Origin: an uncultured Methanosarcinales archaeon
GTDB lineage: Archaea; Nanobdellota; Nanobdellia; Woesearchaeales; JACPIF01
DNA length: 64,000 bases
Reading direction: 5' to 3'
Assembly: GCA_964602245.1 (NCBI GenBank)
Contig: CAZRPY010000001.1
Location: 152,246-216,245, forward strand
Shown here: one piece after another, positions 8,467 to 17,361 of the stretch
Numbering within the stretch: position 1 is the stretch's first letter
How the letters are laid out: every line of letters begins with the position of its first letter
The notes under the pieces: generated by a model
Database searches by the model: none
Told to the model about the DNA's origin: nothing
Seen by the model: only the letters and a program-made list of their open reading frames with translations
Program-made: the position numbers and the translations under genes

Positions 8467-8973
8467 TTAGCTACATATATCCATCACTAATGTTAAGGTT
8501 CCTGCATCTGTCTGGATATAGTTTTGTTTTGATTCCTTTTCTCCTGTGCATCTTCCATTTGTATTCTTTAGTATAACTTGGCCTGGTATCCTAGCCTCAA
8601 ATGAGTAGCTTTGATTGCCCCATGCTGTTAAAGTTGAATCAAAGATAAGGCTAATAGTGCTTTTTAAATAGTCACATGACCTTTGGTTATTTTGACATTT
8701 GAGCTGGGTATTAGGAGAGTTATAATTTTCTGCGCAATCCTTAAAGAGGTTATTTACAGAATTTCCAAAACAGTCTATAGTTGTTGTTCTTAAGATAGAA
8801 CTTAAAAGATTGGATGCTAATTGTGTTTGAGTGAATGTTTTTTTAATACTAGAGGGCTCTTTATTTACAGTGAATTGTATTATAAATAATATTCCAAGTG
8901 ATATGAGAATAACTATAACTGCTAACCCCATGATTTCCATTTGTGATTTCTTACTGGTTATTTTGATTTGCAT
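8467..8973 (-). CDS. Pilin-like protein
   Basis: SKKS|QMEIMG plus hydrophobic helix. Confidence 0.75.
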   Translation of the reverse strand: MQIKITSKKSQMEIMGLAVIVILISLGILFIIQFTVNKEPSSIKKTFTQTQLASNLLSSILRTTTIDCFGNSVNNLFKDCAENYNSPNTQLKCQNNQRSCDYLKSTISLIFDSTLTAWGNQSYSFEARIPGQVILKNTNGRCTGEKESKQNYIQTDAGTLTLVMDICS

Positions 8974-9126
8974 ATTATTTTGATTTGCATAACTAGTGGA
9001 TTTCTTTGTGTTGGCGTAGTTAATGCAAATTATTTTAATATTTTTTATTGATTAATGCGAGTTATTGCTATATTATCTTTATTAGTTCGATGCAAATTAT
9101 TATTGTTTTGACTGGCTTTACTTTCT

Positions 9127-9606
9127 TTATTGAATCGGATAATAAGTAACCTCTAAAATGCCAAAATTATATTTATTGCTAACAGGATCATATAAGGATA
9201 CAGGTATTGGGGTGAACAGATAACCTGTTCCAGTAACATTCCTATCATAAATAAGCCATTCCTTTTTAATTGGATATATTTGTCTTACAATCAATTTACT
9301 GGATTCAAAATTATCATAATAGTTTACTTGTAAAGTTTGGTCAGCCTTAAGCATATTGCTCATAGCCTCTAATTTTAATATGTCTATACAGTTGTCTGTC
9401 ACAATATTATTGGAGGAGCATTGAAGTTCTGGTAAGGTAAAGGCTCTCTGGGCAACCTCTACTGCTCTTTTCTCATTTTCTTCAATTATTAAGCCTTGGT
9501 AGCTAGTTGCCTGGATTCTTGCATAAAAAACAAAGCCAAATATAACAAGCAAAAAGAAAATAAACATAACGCCTATTGTTTCTGTCATTTTAATCTGAGC
9601 TTTCAT
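9127..9606 (-). CDS. Pilin-like protein
   Basis: MKA|QIKMTE plus hydrophobic helix. Confidence 0.75.
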   Translation of the reverse strand: MKAQIKMTETIGVMFIFFLLVIFGFVFYARIQATSYQGLIIEENEKRAVEVAQRAFTLPELQCSSNNIVTDNCIDILKLEAMSNMLKADQTLQVNYYDNFESSKLIVRQIYPIKKEWLIYDRNVTGTGYLFTPIPVSLYDPVSNKYNFGILEVTYYPIQ

Positions 9607-9607
9607 T

Positions 9608-10675
9608 TTAATATACCTCTCTACATGACAGTCTTTGAAGTTGTTGATTTCTGGTTTTTAGCTCTGAAGAAGATTGTAAGATTAATGCTGTTTCTTGTTG
9701 AGAAATGGCAGAAGATAATTTTTCTGAATTAGATTTTAAAGATTGTAATGCATCAAGGCTTAAAGATAATTGAGTTGCACAGGTTGTATCTCCTGACTGT
9801 TGGTAAGATTTAATTAAGCTATTAGTCCTATGTATATAGATATCAGAAACAATAGACATCTGCTTAAAAGCTCTTTGCATGTTGCAGTTATATGATTTAT
9901 AATCATCTGCAAATACTGCAGCAAATACAGATTCTTTACCAAGATAGTAGCTAATGCCTGCAGGAACTGGTGACCAATAACCATTTATTTTATTATAGAA
10001 TCTTAACTCACCAAAACTTTCTAGAGAATTTCCTACTATATTAATTGCTGATACATCTTCATTATCTAGAGTAATTATATCTAAAAGACCTTCACTACCA
10101 ACTGGATCATGGTTAAAGAATACTAACCTGATTCTATAATTGCCTTCACTTTTAATATTATTGGTATCTTTTATTACATCTTTATTAAGTAGTAATTGTT
10201 TATTATTTCCTTTGACAAGAAAATTTGGAGGTAAAGACTTGTTCAGTTCTTTGGCTATAGCAGAATCGCCAATTATAACATATTTTATATTTGGGCTTGT
10301 TACCATTAGGAAATTTGAAATCCTATAAGGCATACCCCAATCTTTTGACCATGCAGTAACCTTAAAGCCTTTAATTTTACTTGGAGAGAAAGAGATTCCT
10401 GTTTGTGCAGGATTAAGATTTTCTACAGAATATCCTTCACAATTATAGCTTATTTCTTTGCCGACTAAGTCTATTATAGATGCTGTGCCTGTACTGGACC
10501 TAGCACCAGTGAATATGGTTTTTATATCAGACCTGACTTTTGATGATACTTTTACCTCTGAGATGCTTTTTTGCCTTTCAGCTATACCTATAAAGAACAT
10601 AAGGATAATGCCACCTATTATTAAAATAAATATCCAGTTAAATTGTATCTCAACAAAACCTTTATTACCGAGCAT
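9608..10675 (-). CDS. Pilin-like protein
   Basis: NKG|FVEIQFNWIF plus hydrophobic helix. Confidence 0.75.
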   Translation of the reverse strand: MLGNKGFVEIQFNWIFILIIGGIILMFFIGIAERQKSISEVKVSSKVRSDIKTIFTGARSSTGTASIIDLVGKEISYNCEGYSVENLNPAQTGISFSPSKIKGFKVTAWSKDWGMPYRISNFLMVTSPNIKYVIIGDSAIAKELNKSLPPNFLVKGNNKQLLLNKDVIKDTNNIKSEGNYRIRLVFFNHDPVGSEGLLDIITLDNEDVSAINIVGNSLESFGELRFYNKINGYWSPVPAGISYYLGKESVFAAVFADDYKSYNCNMQRAFKQMSIVSDIYIHRTNSLIKSYQQSGDTTCATQLSLSLDALQSLKSNSEKLSSAISQQETALILQSSSELKTRNQQLQRLSCREVY

Positions 10676-10680
10676 TTTGA

Positions 10681-11187
10681 TTAGGTCCAGCTAGAGAATT
10701 CTACATAGCTACCCTTACCTTCTAGCTTTAGAGCAATTTTGCCAAAAATAACATTTTGGCAGAAGTAATGCTCTTTTGGTATCCTTATATTTCCTATGTC
10801 TATAGAGATAACGTTTGTGTCCTTTGATATTAAAAACATGTTTTTACTTATTCTATCTTTCCAGCTGTTGCAGATAACTGGATTATAATCCTGATTACCT
10901 AGAGTACAAATATTTGTTGATTCCTGGCCAGTATATGAAAGATCAATAAAACATATCTTGTCATATTTATTTGGGATGCTTACTTCTTCCTTAATGACTG
11001 TGCCATAATCTGAAGTAGTCTTTTTAACAGCTGACGATAATTGTTTACCAAGCTGAAGAATAACTACTGTATCTGCTTTTTCACCCAGATTTCTAATAGA
11101 ATTATACCCATAGACCATTATTAAAGAGAATAATACTATGGCTAAAATGTAGATAAAAACTTCTCCAATTACTTGGGCATTTTTCAT
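10681..11187 (-). CDS. Pilin-like protein
   Basis: MKNA|QVIGEVF plus hydrophobic helix. Confidence 0.75.
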   Translation of the reverse strand: MKNAQVIGEVFIYILAIVLFSLIMVYGYNSIRNLGEKADTVVILQLGKQLSSAVKKTTSDYGTVIKEEVSIPNKYDKICFIDLSYTGQESTNICTLGNQDYNPVICNSWKDRISKNMFLISKDTNVISIDIGNIRIPKEHYFCQNVIFGKIALKLEGKGSYVEFSSWT

Positions 11188-11196
11188 CTTTTAATG

Positions 11197-14100
11197 TCAC
11201 TTTTTCCTCTTTTTTATTAAGATGTCTAATTTCTCAAATGAATTCTTGCTGGTTTTTAATTTTGGAACTTCTTTTTGAGCTTCCTTCTTTATCTCTGACT
11301 TCTTTTGCTCAGGCTTCTTAATCTCTGATATTTTCTCTTTACTTATCTCCTCTTCTTTTTTGCCTAGGCCAAAAATATCTAAGATACTACTTTTTGTCTT
11401 AAACTTCTCTTTCATCCTAAGCTCAAATAATTTATGTTTCTCCAGTTCTAACTGTGGTTTTTTAGTTGGCCTTAATTTAATTTCCTCCATTTTTTGATAT
11501 TGAGGCTGTTGAACTTTTGGTTTTGTTATTTGGAATTGGGGCAAACTTATTCTTTGAATTGATTTTAGTTTGTAGCCGTATTTTTTATATCCAAGAATTG
11601 CACCTGCAATAATTAAAATAAAGGCTAAGCTATATATTATATAGGGAAGAATTCTTGAGCTAGGGTGAGAATTCTTGTCTAAAGGATCTGTGCCTGCTAA
11701 TATTTCCACATTATCTCTATAGCCGTCATCGTCTGTGTCTGCTTTGAAAGGACCTGTTTTGGCTCTCTGTTCTTCAATATTATTTAGCTCATCTGTGTCA
11801 GTATCTTCTTCTCCGTCGTTTATACCATTATTATCTGAGTCTGGTAAAAGTTTATTTAAATTATGAAGGTCTTCCCACTCATTTGATAAGCCATCTCCAT
11901 CTATGTCTTCATCACAGATATCTCCAACGCCATCTTTATCCAAATCCTCTTGCTCAGGATTCTCTTCTTCAAGACAATTATCTCTTGAATCTGGAATGCC
12001 GTCTTCATCTTCATCTGGCTCCAGTAATACACACTTATTATGGATACAGTCTGCACCAATTGTGCAATCATCTTTAATATTGCATTGCCTACCTGCTTCA
12101 CACCTTAAAGGACAATAAATGCCACAATCTATGTCACCTTCGCCAGAATCAAGAACGTTATTTGAGCAAGGGCTGGGCTTTTTGCATACACCAAACTCAC
12201 AGTTGCCTGAGGAGCAATCTAAATTTTGGATGCATTTGGCTTCAAGGCTGCATTTATTTTGGCATGCGCTGCCACAATCTATGTCTGTTTCTTGGCCGTT
12301 TTTTATTCCATCATTACATGCTTCTTTTTTGCATTTCTTTGTTGATGGATGGCAAAAGCCAGAGCTACAATCAGAATTTTCTATGCATTTTGCATCTTCT
12401 TGGCAACCCTGGCATGAGCCACCGCAATCTATATCTGTTTCAGTTTGATCTTGTATATTGTTTGTGCAGTGGCTTGGCTTCTTTGAAATATCAATAGTAA
12501 CTCCATTACTTTCAAGTATTTTACTTGTCAAGCCAACTATATTTGTAGAATCTACTTTAAAGACATACTTTGTCTTATCAGTTAGATTGAGAGGCCTATT
12601 TGAGCTGTCTTTAGTAATTACTACAAATTCTCCACCTACTGTACTTTGGGTTTGGTTGATAATTGAGGATCTAGACGGCAGGGTTTCAAGGCTGTATCTG
12701 TAGTATTTAACCAAACTTTCATTTTCCTCTGCAAGCCATTTCACTCTTAGCCTGTCAGTTTCCCAAGTAAATTCTGGATCTTCTACTAGAGTGCTGCTAT
12801 CATTTACATATAACATTGCAGGGGGTGTTGTGTCAATTGTAAAAGCAATAGTAGCTATATTAGAAAAGACTCCTGCTACTATACATCTTGCATAATACGT
12901 ATGTGTTATTCCCTGCTGTAGATTTGCAACTGTTCTTTGATGCCTATAGCCAATTTCCCCAAAAGAATTTGAGATTGAATCTTGAGCTTGGCCATAATAG
13001 CATTGGGCTTTTTTATTTGTAGATATATCTAGGATTACATTTGATGTATTCGAATAACGAGGGGTATTAACCTGGATAGTTAAAGGCTCACTTTCATTGA
13101 TTTTGAAGGTAATAATTGAGGTATTGGATAACAAACCTGCTTCATTCTCACAGGAAACAAAATAAGTATATTCTTGCTTTGCTCTTGTAACAGTTAAATT
13201 TTGGCTATGGACCTTTTGATAATTTTCCTTATCTGGGAAAAAATTAGGCATTTCAGGATAGATTTTCTTTGAATCATCATATCTGCAAATAGTGTTGTCA
13301 TCTGTCTGAACTTTAAGCACTGTTTTTAGATCTGATTCTATTATTATTTCTGGTTGTGCAAAAGCTGCCAGAATAATAGGTGGTGTTTTGTCTATAGCAA
13401 CTTTAAACTCCTTTTCTATAACTCCCCAGACACCATCATCACATTTTACAAATAAAGCATGGTCTTTTTGATCGCCTTCTGGTATATCCTTAAAATTGTT
13501 AATTCTGTGAATTAAGCCTCCTGTTGCAGAGAAGTCTTTCATATTCTCAAAAATTGTTCCAGGCAAATCCATGATATATTTGCATTTGGCATCATTATCA
13601 GTGCCTATTGTTATGTTAAATACAGATTCCTTAGAAACTCCAGTTTTTGGGATTAACATAGTAATAACCGTTGGGACAGCATTTACTATAAAGCTAAAAC
13701 TGCCATTAACAGAATTTCCAGCATAATCAGTTGCCTTGACAAAGACTGATTTTAAGCCATCGCTAAGGTTTAGCTTTATTTGATGAAATCTATTATCAAG
13801 AGTAGTAAAATTGTCCTTTAAGTCAGATGTGAGTCCAGTAACTATAACATTATTCAGGTCAACTTCCTTAGTGAAGTTTAATGTTAAAACAAAGTTTGTA
13901 GATTTTATAGTAATATTATTCGGAGAGCCTGTAAACTTTGGTGGATTATTGTCAATATTAATTGTTATTACCCTTGGAGATTTCATAAATCTTCCAAAAT
14001 TGTTCCTTGCCATAATAGTAAGGTTATATTGGCCATCTGGCAATGGAGAGTTTGGAATAAAAGAATGGATAGTATTATTCTCGAAAACTTGTTGAGTAAG

Positions 14101-16080
14101 AGGTATACTAGTCTTATTTTCACCTATAAAACTAGAGAAGCTAATTATAGAAAAGTCTGAGAAAGTAATATTAATTATTGGTTTTATGTTGTTCGTGTAG
14201 AAAATTCTATTTGCAAATTTATCGCCTTGAACTGAAACCTTTAGTATAACAGGTCCAGTGACATTAGGAGAGGCATTAAAATTTAATGTCTTAATTACCC
14301 CTAAATTATTTGAAGGATCTCTTGTATAGAATTTTAATATATTTTCTCCAGGACTAAGGGTTAGGATTTGTTTAACTCCATCAAAAACCTTTAAGTTATT
14401 AACTATTAAGAAAGTATTAGTAGTTATTATTGGGAATTTTGAGCCATCAGTGCAGCTTTCAGTTAAAGTATTACAGATAAATATTTGATAATTGCTAGTA
14501 ACTCTTCTAGCAGAACCTATTTTTTCTGTTTTGTCTAAGATGTCTATATTGAATTGAGTTGGTATTCCTTCTTCAAATGTTGTTGGCACTATATTGGTAT
14601 CAGGAGGAAAGTAGTCTGCTTCACATTGTAAATTAGTGCAATCCCTATCTTGGCTGTAGTCTGCACTTTTGCTACATTCTCCAAATACTGAAGCGCAAAC
14701 GCCTATCCTACATTTGTCATTACTTCTAGAGGTTATGTTATTGGTAGAAGGATCTATTGAAGCCTTATTGAAGGAAAGGCATTCTTCGTTACTATAGTCC
14801 TTACATGTAACTTTTTCGCAGCTTAGGCTTTCCCCATTCTTAAAGAAGCATGGAAAGTCTTGAGTTGAAAGAGCTTCTGATTTCTCCTGAGTACAAATGT
14901 CAAATACTGAATTATAAGCTTTTAATGTTGGTGAGCTTGGGCTTCCCTTTTCAACACACCATTGGCAATTTTCCTTGTTCTTGTTAATACAAACACCTAT
15001 TCCAAGAGCTTGTATTGTATCTTTCCATAAGCAACCTGAGATTTGGCAGTTATCTGTTTCACATGCTGATTTTGTTTTATAATCATAACAATCCATGTTG
15101 GGATCACAGTTGTAGCATGTGTTGACTATTGTTGAAGATCTGTCAAAGAAGCAATATCTGTAATTTTGCTGAGTACCTTCACATCTTTGCTTATCTGTAA
15201 ACAGCCCAAAAGGATTATTAGTTGTATTTGTGCATTGAGTTTTTATTGCACATCTTGCTACACTTCCATCAGAAATACATGCACAAGATTGTCCTGTAAA
15301 GCAGTCTGCTGTTCCTGAGTTGCAATTTACTACTGGACTACTAAGTATATTTTCTTCATTACAGAAAAATGCTTTATTAAATCTTGAGGAAAAGGTATTT
15401 AATATTTCATTATTAAAGTTACTTGCTGTAAAGCCCTTTTTTGAGATAAGATAGGAAGAGTATTGGTTATAATATCCTTTATTTATGCAGAATTTGTCTT
15501 GGGTATTTCTATTAAAGCATTCAAGGTTACCTATTGAGAAATTAGAGCTAATTAATGAGGATTTGTCTTGAGTCCTGAAATAGCCTGTAACTTTATATGA
15601 ATAGTCCTTATCGAATAATAAGTCATCTGATTGATCAGTAAAGAAGTTGTCAGTAGTTGTGCCAATTAATTTAAAGTTACAAGTTGGCAAGTCACATCTT
15701 GAAATATTATAGAACTCTGCTGGACAATCAGATATCCATGTTAGAGTTACCTGCCTTTTACCTTGAACTGTAATTTTCTCAAGATTTTTAAGCTTTGGAG
15801 AGAAAGAAGGCTCATTGCAAGAAGTAAGATTAAGGCTTAATGTCGGGCTTCCAGAGCCGCAAACACTTGGACAGGTTTGCCTGCTGGAGGGGATTACAAA
15901 CCTAAACTGACAATTTTCTCTGCTTACAAAAGAATTTGGAGTTGCTATATTGCCATTACAACAACAGCCTGCATCTCCTGCTTTAACTAGATTAGATAAA
16001 GAAAGTAAGATAATTAACGATAAGAATATAATAGCTATATAAACTAAACTATTTCCTATAACTTTTATTTTGGCTTTCAT
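11197..16080 (-). CDS. Giant surface adhesin-like protein (Cys-rich, Ig/FN3-like repeats, ETDIDCG repeats, TSP3-like Ca-binding repeats, C-terminal TM)
   Basis: Signal peptide; repeated ID(N/K/T)xPP Ig linkers; three C.(N/D)....(E)..DIDCG repeats; DEDGIPDSRDNC and DxDxDG motifs; TM followed by a Lys-rich cytoplasmic tail. Confidence 0.8.
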   Translation of the reverse strand: MKAKIKVIGNSLVYIAIIFLSLIILLSLSNLVKAGDAGCCCNGNIATPNSFVSRENCQFRFVIPSSRQTCPSVCGSGSPTLSLNLTSCNEPSFSPKLKNLEKITVQGKRQVTLTWISDCPAEFYNISRCDLPTCNFKLIGTTTDNFFTDQSDDLLFDKDYSYKVTGYFRTQDKSSLISSNFSIGNLECFNRNTQDKFCINKGYYNQYSSYLISKKGFTASNFNNEILNTFSSRFNKAFFCNEENILSSPVVNCNSGTADCFTGQSCACISDGSVARCAIKTQCTNTTNNPFGLFTDKQRCEGTQQNYRYCFFDRSSTIVNTCYNCDPNMDCYDYKTKSACETDNCQISGCLWKDTIQALGIGVCINKNKENCQWCVEKGSPSSPTLKAYNSVFDICTQEKSEALSTQDFPCFFKNGESLSCEKVTCKDYSNEECLSFNKASIDPSTNNITSRSNDKCRIGVCASVFGECSKSADYSQDRDCTNLQCEADYFPPDTNIVPTTFEEGIPTQFNIDILDKTEKIGSARRVTSNYQIFICNTLTESCTDGSKFPIITTNTFLIVNNLKVFDGVKQILTLSPGENILKFYTRDPSNNLGVIKTLNFNASPNVTGPVILKVSVQGDKFANRIFYTNNIKPIINITFSDFSIISFSSFIGENKTSIPLTQQVFENNTIHSFIPNSPLPDGQYNLTIMARNNFGRFMKSPRVITINIDNNPPKFTGSPNNITIKSTNFVLTLNFTKEVDLNNVIVTGLTSDLKDNFTTLDNRFHQIKLNLSDGLKSVFVKATDYAGNSVNGSFSFIVNAVPTVITMLIPKTGVSKESVFNITIGTDNDAKCKYIMDLPGTIFENMKDFSATGGLIHRINNFKDIPEGDQKDHALFVKCDDGVWGVIEKEFKVAIDKTPPIILAAFAQPEIIIESDLKTVLKVQTDDNTICRYDDSKKIYPEMPNFFPDKENYQKVHSQNLTVTRAKQEYTYFVSCENEAGLLSNTSIITFKINESEPLTIQVNTPRYSNTSNVILDISTNKKAQCYYGQAQDSISNSFGEIGYRHQRTVANLQQGITHTYYARCIVAGVFSNIATIAFTIDTTPPAMLYVNDSSTLVEDPEFTWETDRLRVKWLAEENESLVKYYRYSLETLPSRSSIINQTQSTVGGEFVVITKDSSNRPLNLTDKTKYVFKVDSTNIVGLTSKILESNGVTIDISKKPSHCTNNIQDQTETDIDCGGSCQGCQEDAKCIENSDCSSGFCHPSTKKCKKEACNDGIKNGQETDIDCGSACQNKCSLEAKCIQNLDCSSGNCEFGVCKKPSPCSNNVLDSGEGDIDCGIYCPLRCEAGRQCNIKDDCTIGADCIHNKCVLLEPDEDEDGIPDSRDNCLEEENPEQEDLDKDGVGDICDEDIDGDGLSNEWEDLHNLNKLLPDSDNNGINDGEEDTDTDELNNIEEQRAKTGPFKADTDDDGYRDNVEILAGTDPLDKNSHPSSRILPYIIYSLAFILIIAGAILGYKKYGYKLKSIQRISLPQFQITKPKVQQPQYQKMEEIKLRPTKKPQLELEKHKLFELRMKEKFKTKSSILDIFGLGKKEEEISKEKISEIKKPEQKKSEIKKEAQKEVPKLKTSKNSFEKLDILIKKRKK

Positions 16081-17327
16081 TTTTTAGGTTTTCCCTCTGT
16101 CTCAAAAACAAAATCTTGATAATCTTCTAGTAGTTCGTCGCTAACTTTTACTGTTAATAACCAATTATTGTTAAATGGTGGAGTGTCTTGCGAGCTAATA
16201 GTGTAAGGAAGGCTTGGATTATAAGAATAACTGAGAGAATCTTCATCAGGGTCATAAGATGACTTTGGATTAGTATTTTGCTGAAATATTTGACTTCCAT
16301 CTCTAATTATAACTAGAGGAGAATTGGCACTGAAAGTAATTTCATCTCCTTCTCTAAGAGTTGGAAGAGCTTGCTCAATTATATAATGAAGGGCAGGATA
16401 CCTGTTTTGAATACTAAACTGGAATGTAAATGGCCTGCCATATAAAGTTGAAGCTGGATCTGTAATGGATAATACATCATCTTTTTTGAATAAATTTCTT
16501 GATAGGCTTACTTCCATTACATCAAAGTTTACCTGGCTTGCATCAAAATTTAATGAATTGGAGTCTGTATCTATTATAGTTCTTGCTAGATTATAAATAA
16601 GTTTAAGCCTAATTTTAAGTGGGACAGAAAAGTCTTCTATTTTTGTTATTTCTTCTCCAGTTACTTTATTAATTATTATTGGAATCTTGGCGTTAGCTAC
16701 TATATGGTTATCTCCAATTATTACTGAACTAGTTACATTTGTATAATTTATATTATAAGTTTTAAATGACTGGAAATTAAGGCATGTGCTGGCATTATTG
16801 TTAATAAAATGCTCTAATTGAGATAAAATAGATATGTTTGAGCCAGAAAGGTCTGGAAGAGAATTTTGACCATAATAACCATTATTAAGGTCTATTGTGG
16901 TGTAAGTTGTGTCAGTATAAGGAAATTCTGGCCATGGATAGCTTGGTGGTTGCCAAAAATATAATTGGCTAATATCTGAGCTTGGGCGTTTAAGGCCATA
17001 GCTAACTTTATAGCCTGAATATAATATGTGGTCATTTCCTAGTTCCTTAGTATCTGGAATAAAGCCACCTTGGGATTTATAGATAAAACTGCCTTGTTTT
17101 CCTATGAAATCTAAGGCTTTAAAAGCTGTTTCTTCAATGCATTTATTTACAAATTCTTTAATACTGGCAATTCCTATAGCTGTTTGCTGGCTTTCTGTAG
17201 ATTGCCTGCCAAGCTTTTTCTCTGTCTTGAAAAGAACTAAATAAAATAGGAATATAAGCATAGCAAAGATAACTATGCCTATTATTATCATTATCGTTAA
17301 TTGAGATTTAGTATAAATCTTTACCAT
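16077..17327 (-). CDS. Pilin-like protein, large
   Basis: TKS|QLTIMIIIG plus hydrophobic helix. Confidence 0.75.
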   Translation of the reverse strand: MVKIYTKSQLTIMIIIGIVIFAMLIFLFYLVLFKTEKKLGRQSTESQQTAIGIASIKEFVNKCIEETAFKALDFIGKQGSFIYKSQGGFIPDTKELGNDHILYSGYKVSYGLKRPSSDISQLYFWQPPSYPWPEFPYTDTTYTTIDLNNGYYGQNSLPDLSGSNISILSQLEHFINNNASTCLNFQSFKTYNINYTNVTSSVIIGDNHIVANAKIPIIINKVTGEEITKIEDFSVPLKIRLKLIYNLARTIIDTDSNSLNFDASQVNFDVMEVSLSRNLFKKDDVLSITDPASTLYGRPFTFQFSIQNRYPALHYIIEQALPTLREGDEITFSANSPLVIIRDGSQIFQQNTNPKSSYDPDEDSLSYSYNPSLPYTISSQDTPPFNNNWLLTVKVSDELLEDYQDFVFETEGKPKK

Positions 17328-17361
17328 TATACCTCCTTTTTTAAGCTATAAGAGTATTTTT

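Noticed and set aside
11883..14095. Short ORFs antisense to or nested in the 1627-aa gene (and similar ones inside mcm, polD, pan, tyrS and the lipoproteins)
   Set aside because: Shadow ORFs of long, well-supported genes, with no motifs of their own.
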